From Chrysomallon squamiferum (lineage: Eukaryota > Animalia > Mollusca), in contig CM022678.1 in assembly GCA_012295275.1 (NCBI GenBank), positions 12,648,001 through 12,712,000 on the forward strand: a stretch of DNA of 64,000 nucleotides, given 5' to 3'. Position numbers and translations under genes: made by a program. Shown here in pieces: positions 1-12,193 of this stretch (positions are counted from its first letter, which is position 1; each line of letters opens with the position of its first letter). The notes below the pieces were generated by a model. That model was not told the origin of the DNA, ran no database searches, and saw only the letters and a list, made by a program, of their open reading frames with translations.

Positions 1-379
1 CTTAAAGAAATAATACACATCATATGCCGATTCTGAACAAGACTCCACATCTTTGGAAACAGCCATTTCCAAGATGACACAAAATCTAATATAAGATTAG
101 TCTTACCAAATATATCATCAATGAGAATAATACATGTTTTATATGGAGATAGAGGGATGTCATTGAAATCAGAGTGATGATTCACGATGTAAGATTCTGT
201 TGTTTCTTCTTTCTCAATCTGTTTAATCATGTTCAAAGCTAGAGTTGTCTTTCCTGAACCTGGACTTCCTACTACAATAACAACACCATTCTTTTTCAAA
301 AGTGCTACACCTCTTTCTTCTGCTCTTGTTTTAACATAGACTCTCCAGTCAAGTGAGTTTAACAATGCCCTGGCAGACT
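1..379 (-). CDS. nSTAND3-type STAND NTPase exon of copy A (runs off the window edge)
   Basis: Manual minus-strand translation after acceptor gatacag: (E)SARALLNSLDWRVYVKTRAEERGVALLKKNGVVIVVGSPGSGKTTLALNM...TCIILIDDIFGKTNL..DFVSSWKWLFPKMWSLVQNRHMMCIISLR. Walker A GSPGSGKT and Walker B IILIDDIFG are typical of nSTAND3. The frame is open to position 1, so the ORF track missed it. Confidence 0.9.
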
Positions 380-640
380 CTGTATCACAACCAAAAAAAT
401 TAACACCTATTATTAAAGAATTTTAAATATATTTTACCATTTAAATATATATAATATAGTTTTTAACTAGTCATCAGATGTGAATTGTTTAAAATAAAAG
501 AGCATAATTTTTGTTCATCAGAATTTAATGACAATGCTAAGATGTCACAATTTTAGATGGTGTAAAAGTGACATGATGATTATCTTCTTATAAATTAACA
601 TCTTTCAGAAGTAAAAAAATAAAATAAAATAAAATAATAC

Positions 641-673
641 CTTTGATACTGGATGCTCGTCCATCAATCTCTG
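641..673 (-). CDS. 33-nt phase 1-1 micro-exon of copy A (TEIDGRASSIK)
   Basis: tttcag acceptor and G|GTA donor. Joins in frame to the NTPase exon. Confidence 0.6.
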
Positions 674-1960
674 CTGAAATCATATAAAAATAAAACAAGT
701 TTATAATTTAGATTTCAGTAAGAGAGAATGATTAAAGTGATCTTATAGTTACTCTGTACTTTATTCATGGAACAGTCAATATATAACATTATTATTATTA
801 TTATAGCTATCTATTTTACTACAATTATTAAAACTACTATTGTTATAGTTTTTGTTCATGTTGTTATTATTATTATGTTCTTTGTACTGTATTTCAGTAG
901 TTGCAAGTGATAATAACAACACATACATTGGCTTGTTTAATTTATTCAGATTATCTTAATAAAATCTAGTTAAGAGTTGTGATTCTTATAATTTGTGTGT
1001 GTGTGTTTGGGTGGGACGTCATAAGCGCACAAGACAAATGCGTGCCAACAAAACCATGCTAGCAATAACAATTGTTATTATTGTTATTATTATTTTAATT
1101 ATTATTTAAGAAACAGTATGCAAATCATAAACTTCAAACAGTTACAAATTATAAGCATTGCTAGGTAGTCCATGACTTCAATTTCTTCAAACTGTCCAGC
1201 AAGTGTTAGGAGGGCTGCTTTGGCTCTCACAAACATGGACATTTTTTAAATTACTGCTTGGCCAGCATTAACATGTTATGACATTTTTCATATGGGACTG
1301 GTCTGATGTGACTGCTTTGGGTTAAATTGTTTAATTTAACAACTTACAAACATTATTTCCCATATATAAAGCATCCACTGCACACAGTATGAATCAAATC
1401 TGTCATTTGTTAGCATTACTGAATAAACCAATATATATTTTAAAGTGTAAAATTCTTTACATTAAATCTCTGCATTTATGTATTGTCTATATTTGTTTGC
1501 GTGAATGTTGTTCAGGACAGTGTGTTTGACAGAAAAGTAGGCCTACTAATGAGTACTGTGATGTGTATTCTGTTATCTATTAAATGGGCAGGCAAAAGAA
1601 AATTCTCAGATTTCAACTTACTAATTAAATTTTTATTTTTTTCCTGTATCTGCTGTCACTCAGGCCAATGTTGTTGAGGTCATAAATGTCATTAATTTTA
1701 ACCATGTGCAAACAATCGTTCAGCATACCACAAAATTAGCAAGAATGAAAAATGAGTTACACAAGGATGGTTTTGCACAACCCTTTTGTGAACTAAACAA
1801 TTTCTGCAGACTTGATAGTGTGTAGACATGTACAGATGTAGATGTATGCATTACATTTGTGTTTGCTTGTGTTGGTCATACTGTTTGATGGTAAAATACT
1901 ACCAATTAATGTGACATATAGTTCTGTTATCTATCAAGTATGTTTCAGTTTTTAACTTAC

Positions 1961-2041
1961 TGATTTCCTCAGCTTCACATCCTGATACAGTATTTCTGTT
2001 AATCGATAGATTTTTATCTGTTCTGTTATTTACATTGTGTT
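1961..2041 (-). CDS. 81-nt phase 1-1 exon of copy A (EHNVNNRTDKNLSINRNTVSGCEAEEI)
   Basis: ttgcag acceptor and GTAAGT donor. The downstream intron is homologous to the tandem exon-intron unit of copies B and C. Confidence 0.6.
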
Positions 2042-2131
2042 CTGCAAACAGAAAAATAAAATATTTAAACTCACTGCCTACAAGTGTCATTTCTAAAACT
2101 GTAGCTACATGTAGAGCATACAGTATCAAAA

Positions 2132-2177
<46 letters not shown>

Positions 2178-2860
2178 ATGTTTTTGGATATGTCACCAGC
2201 TGTTGCTAAAGGAGACATCATTATGTCCTAATTCTGAATAAATATCCTTGTTTGTAGAACAATGGAGATAAGATTTAAAACTAATAACAAAAATATAAAT
2301 AAAATAAATAAAATTAATATTACCATCTCATAGGTAGATTTTAAATTCAAAATGCTAAAACATGCATATTCACATAAGATGATGAAAATGACAATTTTAT
2401 AAGCAGTGTCTAAAAGGTGAGAATAAATGTGTAATTTCAGAGAATAACAGATCACATATGGCAACTGGGCAAGTATTCTGGACAACATTAATGGGTACCA
2501 AGAATGTGTAATTTAATGAAAAATAAGTAGTTTTGTCATGGTAGAAGTTAGCTATGTAGTTGCTATGAAGTTTTAATTCTGAAATGTGATATGAAATATT
2601 GTGCTTCATACTATTAGTAACATTGATACTTCTACTAAGTATTTCTTCTACAGGCTGTTTTTAATCTGTCATTGCCTTTTAGCATTTTCACATTTCTGAC
2701 CCTCCTGCAATCAGCACAAGAACACGTTGTTTAATTCTCTAATATAAAATTCCTGAATGTTTCAACAAATTGTTGGTTGGGTTTTCTATTGCAGGCTACT
2801 TATGAATGTTTACGGGATTTTTAACAAACATTTTCTTGTAATGACATTGTGAGATCAATA

Positions 2861-3415
2861 CAGTGGTACCTTGACTTATGAGTCTAATTCATTCTGTGAC
2901 CGAGCTCATATCTCAATTTGCTCGTATATCAAATCAATTTTCCCAACTGAAATTAATTAAATACCATTAATCCATTCCAGCCCCTGAAAAACCCAACCCT
3001 ATTTTTTTTTGTAATGTGTTTTTAAATAAGAACAAATATATATATATTTATAAACAACAAATATTGTATAAAAACAAAACGAAATAAAATGTAAAGAAAT
3101 AAATTGGTTTTGTAAGGTATATTTATCTTGGCGATCAGACAAATTATTTTAACGCCTTTGTCTGGAGTTACAGCTTTTATTGACTCCTTCTCATACTTCC
3201 TAGACAGGACAATTACATGCACACCTTGCTCATGTCTTTCTATGAATTCAAGCTTTAATTCAATGGACGTCAACTGCTGCTTCTTCTTTGCACCGTCTGA
3301 AGCTCGCTCTTAACTTGGATTTTGGCTCTTAACTCAAAGCAAAAAATCAACCAGGTAACTGCTCTTAACTCGAAAATCTCATAAGCTGGAATACTCATAA
3401 GTTGATGTATTGCTG
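2861..3415 (-). mobile_element. Internally deleted Tigger/pogo DNA transposon
   Basis: TA-flanked CAGTGGTACCTTGACTTATGAG terminus with a degenerate inverse at 3394-3415. Internal ORF 3022-3273 (IELKLEFIERHEQGVHV...KESIKAVTP.KGVKII) resembles the CENP-B-like HTH of Tigger transposases. Confidence 0.8.
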
Positions 3416-3620
3416 TATTAGAAACTGCTACAACTTAGTCAATATAACATGGATATATCTTGGAAAGGATATTGCACGTGAATATGGACTTGTCTCCTTA
3501 GCCAGATTGGGTCACGTGTGCAGCCTGTCAGTGTCTGACAGGAAAATACTAATGAATGCTTTTATGTGTATTCTGTTATCTTATAAACAAGTAGAGAAAA
3601 AGAAAATGTTTTTAACTTAC

Positions 3621-3638
3621 TGATTTCACAGTTATCTC
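3621..3638 (-). CDS. Possible 18-nt micro-exon of copy A (GDNCEI)
   Basis: GTAAGT donor lies in another copy of the repeat unit. The acceptor is ambiguous (18 nt keeps frame, 22 nt does not). Confidence 0.3.
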
Positions 3639-3847
3639 CTGTCTGAAAATTATTACAATCAGTAATATTTGTATTACTGATTGAACCTAGTTGTAGTATA
3701 ACAGGACCTGTGAAACACAATTTTTTAAATTTACCTCTCATAAGCAGAAGAATTTAAAAAAGTTTTATCTGCAGTATTAATACAATCTGTTATTTGTTAA
3801 AAGTATTATATATAACTATATATTTAAAATGTGTTTAACTGATTATG

Positions 3848-3877
3848 TGTGTATATATGTATATATATATATATGTG

Positions 3878-3909
<32 letters not shown>

Positions 3910-3956
3910 TATGTGTATATATATATATATATGTGTATATATATATATATATATAC
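3848..3956. repeat. (TA)n/(TG) microsatellite
   Basis: Direct inspection. Confidence 0.95.
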
Positions 3957-4339
3957 ATTTTAATACTGTAAAGTAATATATAACAGTAAATACAAGAATA
4001 ATTATATGATGAAGTAACCAAACAGTAACTAGTGTGTATTTTGCTTTACTGTTTTCATCTGTGAAACAAAAAGGCTATAAAGACTTTAAATTGTTAATTC
4101 ATTATCAATATAAATTTAAACAGTGTCAATTCACTAATGCCTAAGTTGGAACTAAACAATATATTGAAACAGTGTATTGTTCCAAATGTAAATGGTATAA
4201 TTGTCAGTTTAGAATTTACCATCAATAAAGTAAACAGTATATTGATATAGTTTATTACTACAAATATAAAAATAATGTTGACTCTTTATAATTTCCTATC
4301 AAAAAAGTAAACAGTATATTGAAATACTGTGTGTATTAC

Positions 4340-4635
4340 CACGACTGCTCAACTCAGGTAGTTGTAAATGATGTTGTACTGTATGTGCGATGTCAAAGGA
4401 AGACTGAGATGTGATGACGTCTGTGTATGAAACAGCTGTGGTATTGTCACCACCGCTCTGTAAATGATGTTCTGTATGTGTGATGTCAAAGGAAGACTGA
4501 GATGTGATGCCAGATGGACAAACACTTGTCTTATTGTCTAAGAGAGAAACAGCTGTGATGGTGTCTGTGGATGAAACAGCTGTAGTGTTAGAAGAAATTT
4601 CTGAACTCTCGTTTTTGTTATGCATCCTGGCTGAG
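4340..4635 (-). CDS. Ser/Thr-rich exon of copy A with internal repeat ITSQSSFDIxHT..HHLQ x2
   Basis: tttacag acceptor, G|GTAAT donor, phase 2 to 1. The start SARMHNKNESSEISSN is homologous to SAQRDNIESSEVSSN in the copy B exon at 42917-42987. Confidence 0.7.
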
Positions 4636-4729
4636 CTGTAAAAAATAATAGAGTAATTTTTTATATAGAAGGAAGAAACAAAATGTTTTATTTACTTATT
4701 TTATTTACTGTTATATGGGATCATACATA

Positions 4730-5255
4730 AGATTTAGAAATAGTTAGATAACAAAAGAAGAAACCCACTGCAGTCACTTAATGATCTAGTCTTTCTTATT
4801 AACAAATGATATTTCATTTCACACCTACCCTCAGACAGTACATACTATTTCATACATCAGTTGATGAACACTGCTGAAATGTAAACAGCTCAAGATTACA
4901 TCAGGAGGCATTGATCCAAATAGCTACTACATCTTGCACACTCTACTGGAGACCTATATCTAGTTTCTTGTATTAACACTAGCATTGCCCTATAGACTGT
5001 ATTATCAACTTTTGTTCTATAAATATATGCCTTGAACATTTTTTCAAAAAAGTAATCAAATAAAAAGGATTTAACAGATGTCCTAATTTTTAAATTGAGG
5101 TGTTAGATAATGTTATTTAGAAATACTCATGAAAGTATGTGTCACACTACTGTTAATGGAAAATGTTAATTATAATTAATTGTCTTGGATTTGTTCTTTT
5201 TCATCTTTTTAGGGTGGCGATGGCCTGACTGGGGCAGGTTCTGGCTCTGGTTCAC
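4730..5255. repeat. Local duplication of 6281-6800, including a decayed copy of the NLS exon (donor lost)
   Basis: atttagaaatagttagataacaaaagaa...gtcttggatttgttctttttcatctttttaggg aligns with 6281-6790. Confidence 0.8.
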
Positions 5256-6264
5256 TGTGACTAGTCTGAGTGGTATTAGTACCTAAAGTTTGGCTTGTCC
5301 CATCTAAAGGGTAGCAGACTATAATAGCGTCACGTGACAAGGTGTTAATTATCTGAGACAGCTTAAACTACTAAATGACTACTCTGTATCCACTAGAGAA
5401 CAATAACACAGACACAAATTCAGTATGGATAATTGTTTTATATATATATGTATACATAGATTTATCATAAAAGAACCCTTAAGGGTAATATATAGTTAAA
5501 TCGTATGATTTGACGATACACTATAAAACAAAGAGCATTGATAAACAATACAAAAATAATTCAGCCCAGATGGTTACTTGATCTTTCTAAATAATCTTTT
5601 AATTATATACATTACCTTAGATTTTAAGCATAAGTATGCACCATAGAATAACAATAAAAGTTCAATAATAATAGATTCATCTCTTCAATATTCAATATGT
5701 ATATTACATATACAAAACATTAAAACATAATTACACTGTCTGCGTTTTCCTTTGTCTTGTGCAGATGGCTCTCAGACAACATCTCAAGAAGGGCACCAAT
5801 CAAAGAGATCTCGTTCAAAACATGTGCCACTACTTATATACCAATTGGCAATCACATGGGTGTTCGATATCTACCTCTGCAAACAGCCTTTCTGAATTTA
5901 CTTTGCAACTTTTAATACCCATTTTGAGTTTGTTAATCCCATTTTTTCTTAATTTATATAACAACGGAACTTCCCCTAATTATATATTACAGCTCGAAAT
6001 AGCCCATGTATATTTGCATATGCTCTTCTATTTTCTTTTTGTGTATTCACACCCATTTTCAGACACTGATTAGGTAAACATTTAAGAACTATAAAAATAT
6101 AAATTATAAACATGATTATATAAGATAGCTAAATAAATATTGCCGTAAAATAATAATATATTTAAGATACAATATAGCAGACATTCTGCTTTAAACAGGC
6201 ATAGAAAACAAAATTACAATTAAAAACAAGTCTGGCAAAGAGGCACTAATGAGGTTCTGGCACA
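5256..6264. mobile_element. LTR-like insertion truncating the decayed exon copy
   Basis: Homology to the paralogous exon stops at TGTGAC (5256). The insert ends in GGCACA and shares the GTCACGTGAC motif with the solo LTR at 34773. No TSD found. Confidence 0.35.
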
Positions 6265-6717
6265 ATGGGGTCAGAGATAATATTTAGAAATAGTTAGATA
6301 ACAAAAGAAACCCACTGCAGTCACTTCACAGTCTACTCTTTCTTATTAACAACAAGTGATGTTTCATTTACACCTACCCACAGACAGTACATACTATTTC
6401 ATTCATCAGTTGATAAGCACTGCTAAAATCAAAACAGCTCAAGATTCCATCAGGAGGCATTTAATCCAAATATCTACTACACCTTGCAAAATCTACTTGA
6501 GAGCAAAATCTAGTACCTTGTATTAATACTAGCACTGCCTTACATATTCCCAACTTTTTTTCGATAAATATATGCCCTGAACATTTTTTAAGAGTAATCA
6601 AATAAAAAGGTTTTAATAAATGAACTAATTTTTAAACTGAGGTGTTAGGTTATGTTATATGTAAATACTCTTGAAATCACACTGCTGTTAATGAAAAATC
6701 TTAGTTGTAATAATTAC

Positions 6718-6843
6718 CTCATTTTGGATTTGCTCTTTTTCATCTTTTTAGGGGGTGGTGATGGGTTGACTGGGGCAGATCCTGATTCTGGGTTGCTGTG
6801 TTTCTCAGCTATTCTGCTGCTTTGCCGAATAGACATAGTCAAC
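6718..6843 (-). CDS. 126-nt phase 2-2 exon of copy A: MSIRQSSRIAEKHSNPESGSAPVNPSPPPKKMKKSKSKM (NLS-like)
   Basis: gtttcag acceptor, AG|GTAATT donor, ATG at 6836. In frame with exon 4340-4635. Confidence 0.65.
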
Positions 6844-7574
6844 CTGAAACACACAGATTTACTAATGACATTCCAAATGTATCTAAACATTACAGACATA
6901 CAAGGTACAAATCAACAGAACAGTTGTCAGAAATCCTGCAAATGACTAAACCAGTGCACTGTAACAAAAGACCATGAAAATTACTGCACTGCCACTGATT
7001 TAGGTTTCAGGATATGTTGGCATCAACTTTCCATTTAATGTGTTTTTCATACTGAAAACATATACCATCATCAGATGTATACAGAATGGAAAATCAAAAA
7101 GATAATCTGTAAGTAATAATCCTTAAGACATGCAGAACAGTCTCAGCTGGGTCAGTTCAGATAGTTCAGGTTTCAGATTTATGTGAGGCATCATATAAAA
7201 AGTATTAGAATCAATTCCTCTCTTAGTTTTGTCAGACCTGTTACTAAATTATATAAACAACACAAATATAAATAAAACATATAATTTTACTAATTAATAT
7301 TCTTAGTCTTGTCAACTGTACTGAACTATTTTATACAAATAATATAAAAATAAATATCTGTGTCAATAGTTTTACTGAATTATATTCTTAGTTTTGTGGA
7401 TTCTACCAAAAATTGTTATGAAAGTAATACCTCTTATTTATGCTGCCTGTAGCCTAGTATACTGTGATTTTTTGTATAACTAAATACCTGAAACATTGTT
7501 GAAAATAAAATGTTAATAACGAAAGCACAGTGATCACACTGCTGTTAATGAAAAATCTTAGTTGTAATAATTAC

Positions 7575-7693
7575 CTTGTTTTGGATTTGCTCTTTTTCAT
7601 CTTTTTAGGGGGTGGTGATGGGTTGACTGAGGCAGATTCTGATTCTGGGTTGCTGTGTTTCTCAGCTATTCTGCTGCTTTGCCGAATAGACAT
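7575..7693 (-). CDS. Duplicate NLS exon (exon 7575-7700, ATG at 7693), probable first coding exon of copy A
   Basis: Same splice sites and open frame as 6718-6843. Confidence 0.6.
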
Positions 7694-8407
7694 AGTCAAC
7701 CTGAAACACACAGATTTACTAATGACATTCCAAATGTATCTAAACATTACAGATATACAAGGTTCAAATCAACAGAACAGTTGTCAGAAATCCTGCAAAT
7801 GACTAAACCAGTGCACTGTAACAAAAGACCATGAAAATTACTGCACTGCCACTGATTTAGGTTTCAGGATATGTTGGCATCAACTTTCCATTTAATGTGT
7901 TTTTCCTACTGAAAACATATACCATCATCAGATGTATACAGAATGGAAAGTCAAAAAGATAATCTGTAAGTAATAATCCTTAAGACATGCAGAACAGTCT
8001 CAGCTGGGTCAGTTCAGATAGTTCAGGTTTCAGATTTATGTGAGGCATCATATAAAAAATATTAGAATCAATTCCTCTCTTAGTTTTGTCAGACCTGTTA
8101 CTAAATTATATAAACAACACAGATATAAATAAAACATACAGTTTTACAAAGTAATACTCTTAGTCTTGTCAACTGTACTAAACTATTTTATACAAATAAT
8201 ATGAAAATATATATACTGTGTCAATAGTTTTACTGAATTATATTCTTAGTTTTGTACGTTATGTGATACTCTTATTTGTGCTACCTGTAGCCCAGTATTC
8301 TGTGGGTTTTTTGTATAAATAAATTCCTGAAACATTGTTAATAATGAAAGCACACTGATCTCAAATGTATCATTTCTCCATGTTTTACTTAACTGCAGTA
8401 TGCTTAC

Positions 8408-9298
8408 ATATCAGATTTTGAACTCTACTATCTAGCACATCTGTCATTCAGTGTCAACTTGGCACAATGGTGGACATCATAAACACAAAGATGGCAGAAA
8501 ATAAGAATGCATTCAGCCGTTATTCGTCAAACCTCCATTAGTGAGCTCAGCACTCTATGTCCAAACCAGTGCTATAACTCTTCAGCCTTGGCCAGTCATG
8601 AGTCCAGTTTATAATCCACAGGAGCACATTTGGAACATCAGTGAACATTTTATACACACAGTGGAAGTGGAATCAGCTTAACACTGGGAATGACCTCAGT
8701 TGACTTTAGTTGACCATTTGACAAATACAACTTTTAACTGGAGGGATGAATTGGATGCTAGAGGTTGAACGTTTACTTGCCAATGAACCCTTTAAATGGA
8801 GACTCAAAGTAACATTTTCTCTCTGAAACAGATTTCTTAAACTATTTTATTAACTCAGCAGCTCCACACTTTGGAATGATGTTTTTAGTGTTAAATAGTA
8901 CTTAAATAGTTAAATGTGTAATTATGTGACGATACAGTTATTTTAAAAAGTCCTATATCTAATACTGGGATGCTTTACATTTTTTTTTCAGGTATACAGT
9001 ATATTTATTTGTATTCAATTTAATTCTTAAATTATTTTACTATTTAGTACCATAAGAAATGCTTAAAATTAAAACTTCTGGAATAAATAAGTATGAACAT
9101 GTCTAATACTTTATTTCAGGGTGACAAAACTGTTTTATCTAATTAAATAAATTATTCTTCAATTTTGTATCTGCTTGTATAAACATACTTTGAGAATTTG
9201 TCAACTTCAGCTTTCAATAAACTGCTACATTCTACATTCGAAATCTTGGTCACTTCATGATTTCATCTGTGCTGTTTGAAACTGTCATCTTAATACAC
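8408..9298 (-). other. Putative long 5'-UTR exon of copy A (homologs at 45423-46539 and 61939-62233)
   Basis: GTAAG donors and candidate acceptors sit at comparable positions in the three paralogs. No long ORF. Confidence 0.35.
8470..8900 (+). mobile_element. Ancient Tc1/mariner transposase 3' remnant
   Basis: Plus-strand ITLQPWPVMSPVYNPQEHIW (~8575-8635) matches the Tc1 WPxxSPDLNPIEHxW motif. DARG*T near 8755 resembles the terminal AxGGxTxY. Confidence 0.6.
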
Positions 9299-10149
9299 CT
9301 ACAATATAAACAGTACAGCATTCAACCATTATCATACTTATACAATAACTTTCTTTATTTACTATTTATTAAAGATGATTTCTCCACACTATATAAACAT
9401 TTGAAAAAACAAAACATATGATTGTTTTTGAAAATATATTCCTTCACTTAAATGCATTTTCAAAATAATACTAAGACATAATTGGTCAATCTGTTAAAAA
9501 TTCATATTTTGTCCATCTTCCTCAACTCCCAAATCCCTTCTATAAAAAATACCATAAAAAACAAATACATGGAAATGAAGATCATGATGTGTTCTTTTAA
9601 ATGGTGATGTTTCTTTTGTATGTTAATCCAATCCTTTTTACGAGTGTTAAACATGGTGGGGTAAACACATTTTGGTGCCTGTAAAAAGCCCTAAAATAGG
9701 GTTGCTCTACAAACATCTGGGTCAAAGTTCAATCATTCTAACAGTGTGCATGTGATCACTGGCAATGGCTTATACCAAAAGTTGTGTCCAAAAATGTACT
9801 TTTTCTTGCCTTCAAGATGAGATCCTCAGCCATTTACATGTGAAGTATAGTGGCAATGAAAGTAGTGAAAAGAATAAGGTTGTAAAAAAAAGTACATTTA
9901 GTGGTTTCAAAATTGAGTGTTATTTTTAAAAGTTCTGTCGTCATAAGGTTAGTGATCACTTAAGAGGTAAACATTAAATCAATTAAGTTCAGCAGAAGAA
10001 ACTTAATTAATATGTGATGATTAGGCAAGGAGTGTTTGTTTTAGTTACCTCCACCACTTGGGGCAATTCTAATGCCCATGGATGGGGTAAATCTGGCATT
10101 GATATATTCCATTCTGTGTTTTATTTAAGTTTTTTGAAACAATTGAAAG

Positions 10150-10650
10150 TCCATGGTCCATCTGGTGGGGCACGTAATCAAACAAAAAATAAAATTAAGA
10201 GGATGAAGTATGACGAGGCATTGACAGAAGAAAGTGTCAAGAGGTATGAAGAATGAGTTGGCAGAGAAGAGGAGGAAGGAGGAAGAATAGGCAGAGAGCA
10301 ATGGTGAGAGAGATACAGAAAAAACAGAAGATACCAAAGGAAAAAAGCAGCTCAGTTTGAATGCTACAGTAGAATTGATGGTTGCAGTCAAAGAAAATAT
10401 TGGTAGTGAAAAGTCTGAACAAGAAGGCAGAGATGAAGTAGATTCACAAGAAAAATGTGAATGCAGTGGTAGAGTTGATGATGGCATGAATTCTTACCTG
10501 TTCAAAGGATGTGATTGGTTTTGTCTTGATCTTTGCACATACCTCAAAATCCCAGCTGGTGCAGACTTGAAAGATATTGTATTCTTGTGTGATAGTTGCC
10601 AAGGAGTTCAGTTTATTGAAGTTTTGAATCTGACTTGTTATGATTAGGAG
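10150..10650 (+). mobile_element. Possible pogo/Fot1-like transposase C-terminal remnant (charged coil, acidic stretch, decayed PHD-like finger)
   Basis: Frameshifted KRMKYDEALTEESVKR..ELAEKRRKEEE...CECSG...GCDWFCLDLC...FLCDSC. No TIRs identified. Confidence 0.35.
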
Positions 10651-11202
10651 AAATTATTAGCAGTAGTAGACAATGATTTCATAGCAATTAGGGAGATTGA
10701 ATGAAAAAGGGGGCCAGAATTATCCCGCCCTTATCCTACATTATAGCACATGTGTTGCTAATTTGCTGTAAATTGTTTCCTACCAGGCCAAATTGCTGAA
10801 GATTTTATGTGCAACTAAAAGAACTGGCACTATTTGAAATGATTATATTTCTATGTTGAGTACATTTTTAATAAATTGTTGGATGCATGTTTTATTATAT
10901 GTTATGACTTTTACTGAATATGGAAAAAGTTCTGAAATAAACAAATTAACATTGTGGTTAGATGATATGTAACTTTTGTTTGCTGTCAAATCACAGCAAG
11001 TACCAAGCTAAGAAAATTATTTTATGTCTGCTTCAAATGACAGCCTTATCACACGTGTCTTTAATTGCCACTAGTCCCATGATTACATACATTTTATAGC
11101 CCTTAATTAATACCTGCAACACCTTTCTGGAGTAGACTAAGGATTAGCTGAGTTTATGTATTGCAGAAGATTATAGTTCATCAAATGCTTGTAGGCCTTT
11201 TA

Positions 11203-11248
<46 letters not shown>

Positions 11249-11945
11249 GATACACACATCACAGTAGCTTAACTTATTACTTCTAATTAAAGCTGCTTAT
11301 GTACATAAAGTTGTGCTGTTCTGTATAAATTGAAATTATTATTATTATTTTTTTTATAGGCTTGGCAGGAAAAAAAAAATCAAGTTTTTTTTTTAATTAA
11401 AATTGTTAGATTTGAAAGATCTTGATAAATTGTCCACAACACAGGTTGAATTTTTCAAATAAGACCAGACCTGAAACCACAGTGTGTTTGCACTTTTAGT
11501 CATTCTGCCATGTGTCATTTTGAAGATTTTGGCGTGTTTAGCATGTTACTGTGAACACACATTCAAGCATACAGGTCTGAAACAAAAATGAGCTCATTTA
11601 GCAAGTTGGTCCCATTGCTCTTGTTGATTTTCAATCTTGTCTTTTCAAACTACAGTTGGCCAAACCTTTCACAAATACTGGCGAGACACTGCAATTACGG
11701 ATGAGATATACAAATTCTATCATTTTTATGTAAGATGTAAGTAATTTAAGAAGGACAAGCCAATATAATCCATTCTCAAACATAAGTCATATAACAGGAA
11801 TTATGGTCCGCCATGACACTGGCGATCCCACGACTAGACGACCGTGTTTCACGATGTAAAGAAAACAGTTAGCATGTTTGCAGGAACTTGATAAAATTTC
11901 AAACACAATAAGATAAAATAAATTAATTGATTTTATACTGTGAAA

Positions 11946-11981
<36 letters not shown>

Positions 11982-12005
11982 CAATATAGTATAAGTTTTC
12001 CTTAC

Positions 12006-12120
12006 CAACAGTAGAAACTAACGAAGCGACCCAAATTCTTCGCTATCTGCTCGCTCTTGAAGCACCCGGAAGGAAGCCTACTCTGTTTAGCTTTCAGAGT
12101 AGTCCGGGCAGATATTATTT
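12006..12120 (-). promoter_or_regulatory. Putative non-coding first exon and promoter of copy A
   Basis: GTAAG donor at 12005 and locally CpG-rich sequence. Motifs TCTGCTCGCTCT and GGGCAGAYATT are conserved in copy B at 50053-50090. Confidence 0.45.
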
Positions 12121-12127
12121 ATTTATT

Positions 12128-12193
<66 letters not shown>

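Larger units (their letters stand above)
6676..8355. repeat. Near-identical tandem duplication, period ~857 bp, containing the first coding exon of copy A
   Basis: atcacactgctgttaatgaaaaatc occurs at 6676 and 7533, with colinear high identity thereafter. Confidence 0.95.

Noticed and set aside
3735-3768. 34-nt GT-AG flanked segment in a copy A intron
   Set aside because: Not frame-preserving; inclusion leads to a stop in the downstream exons.
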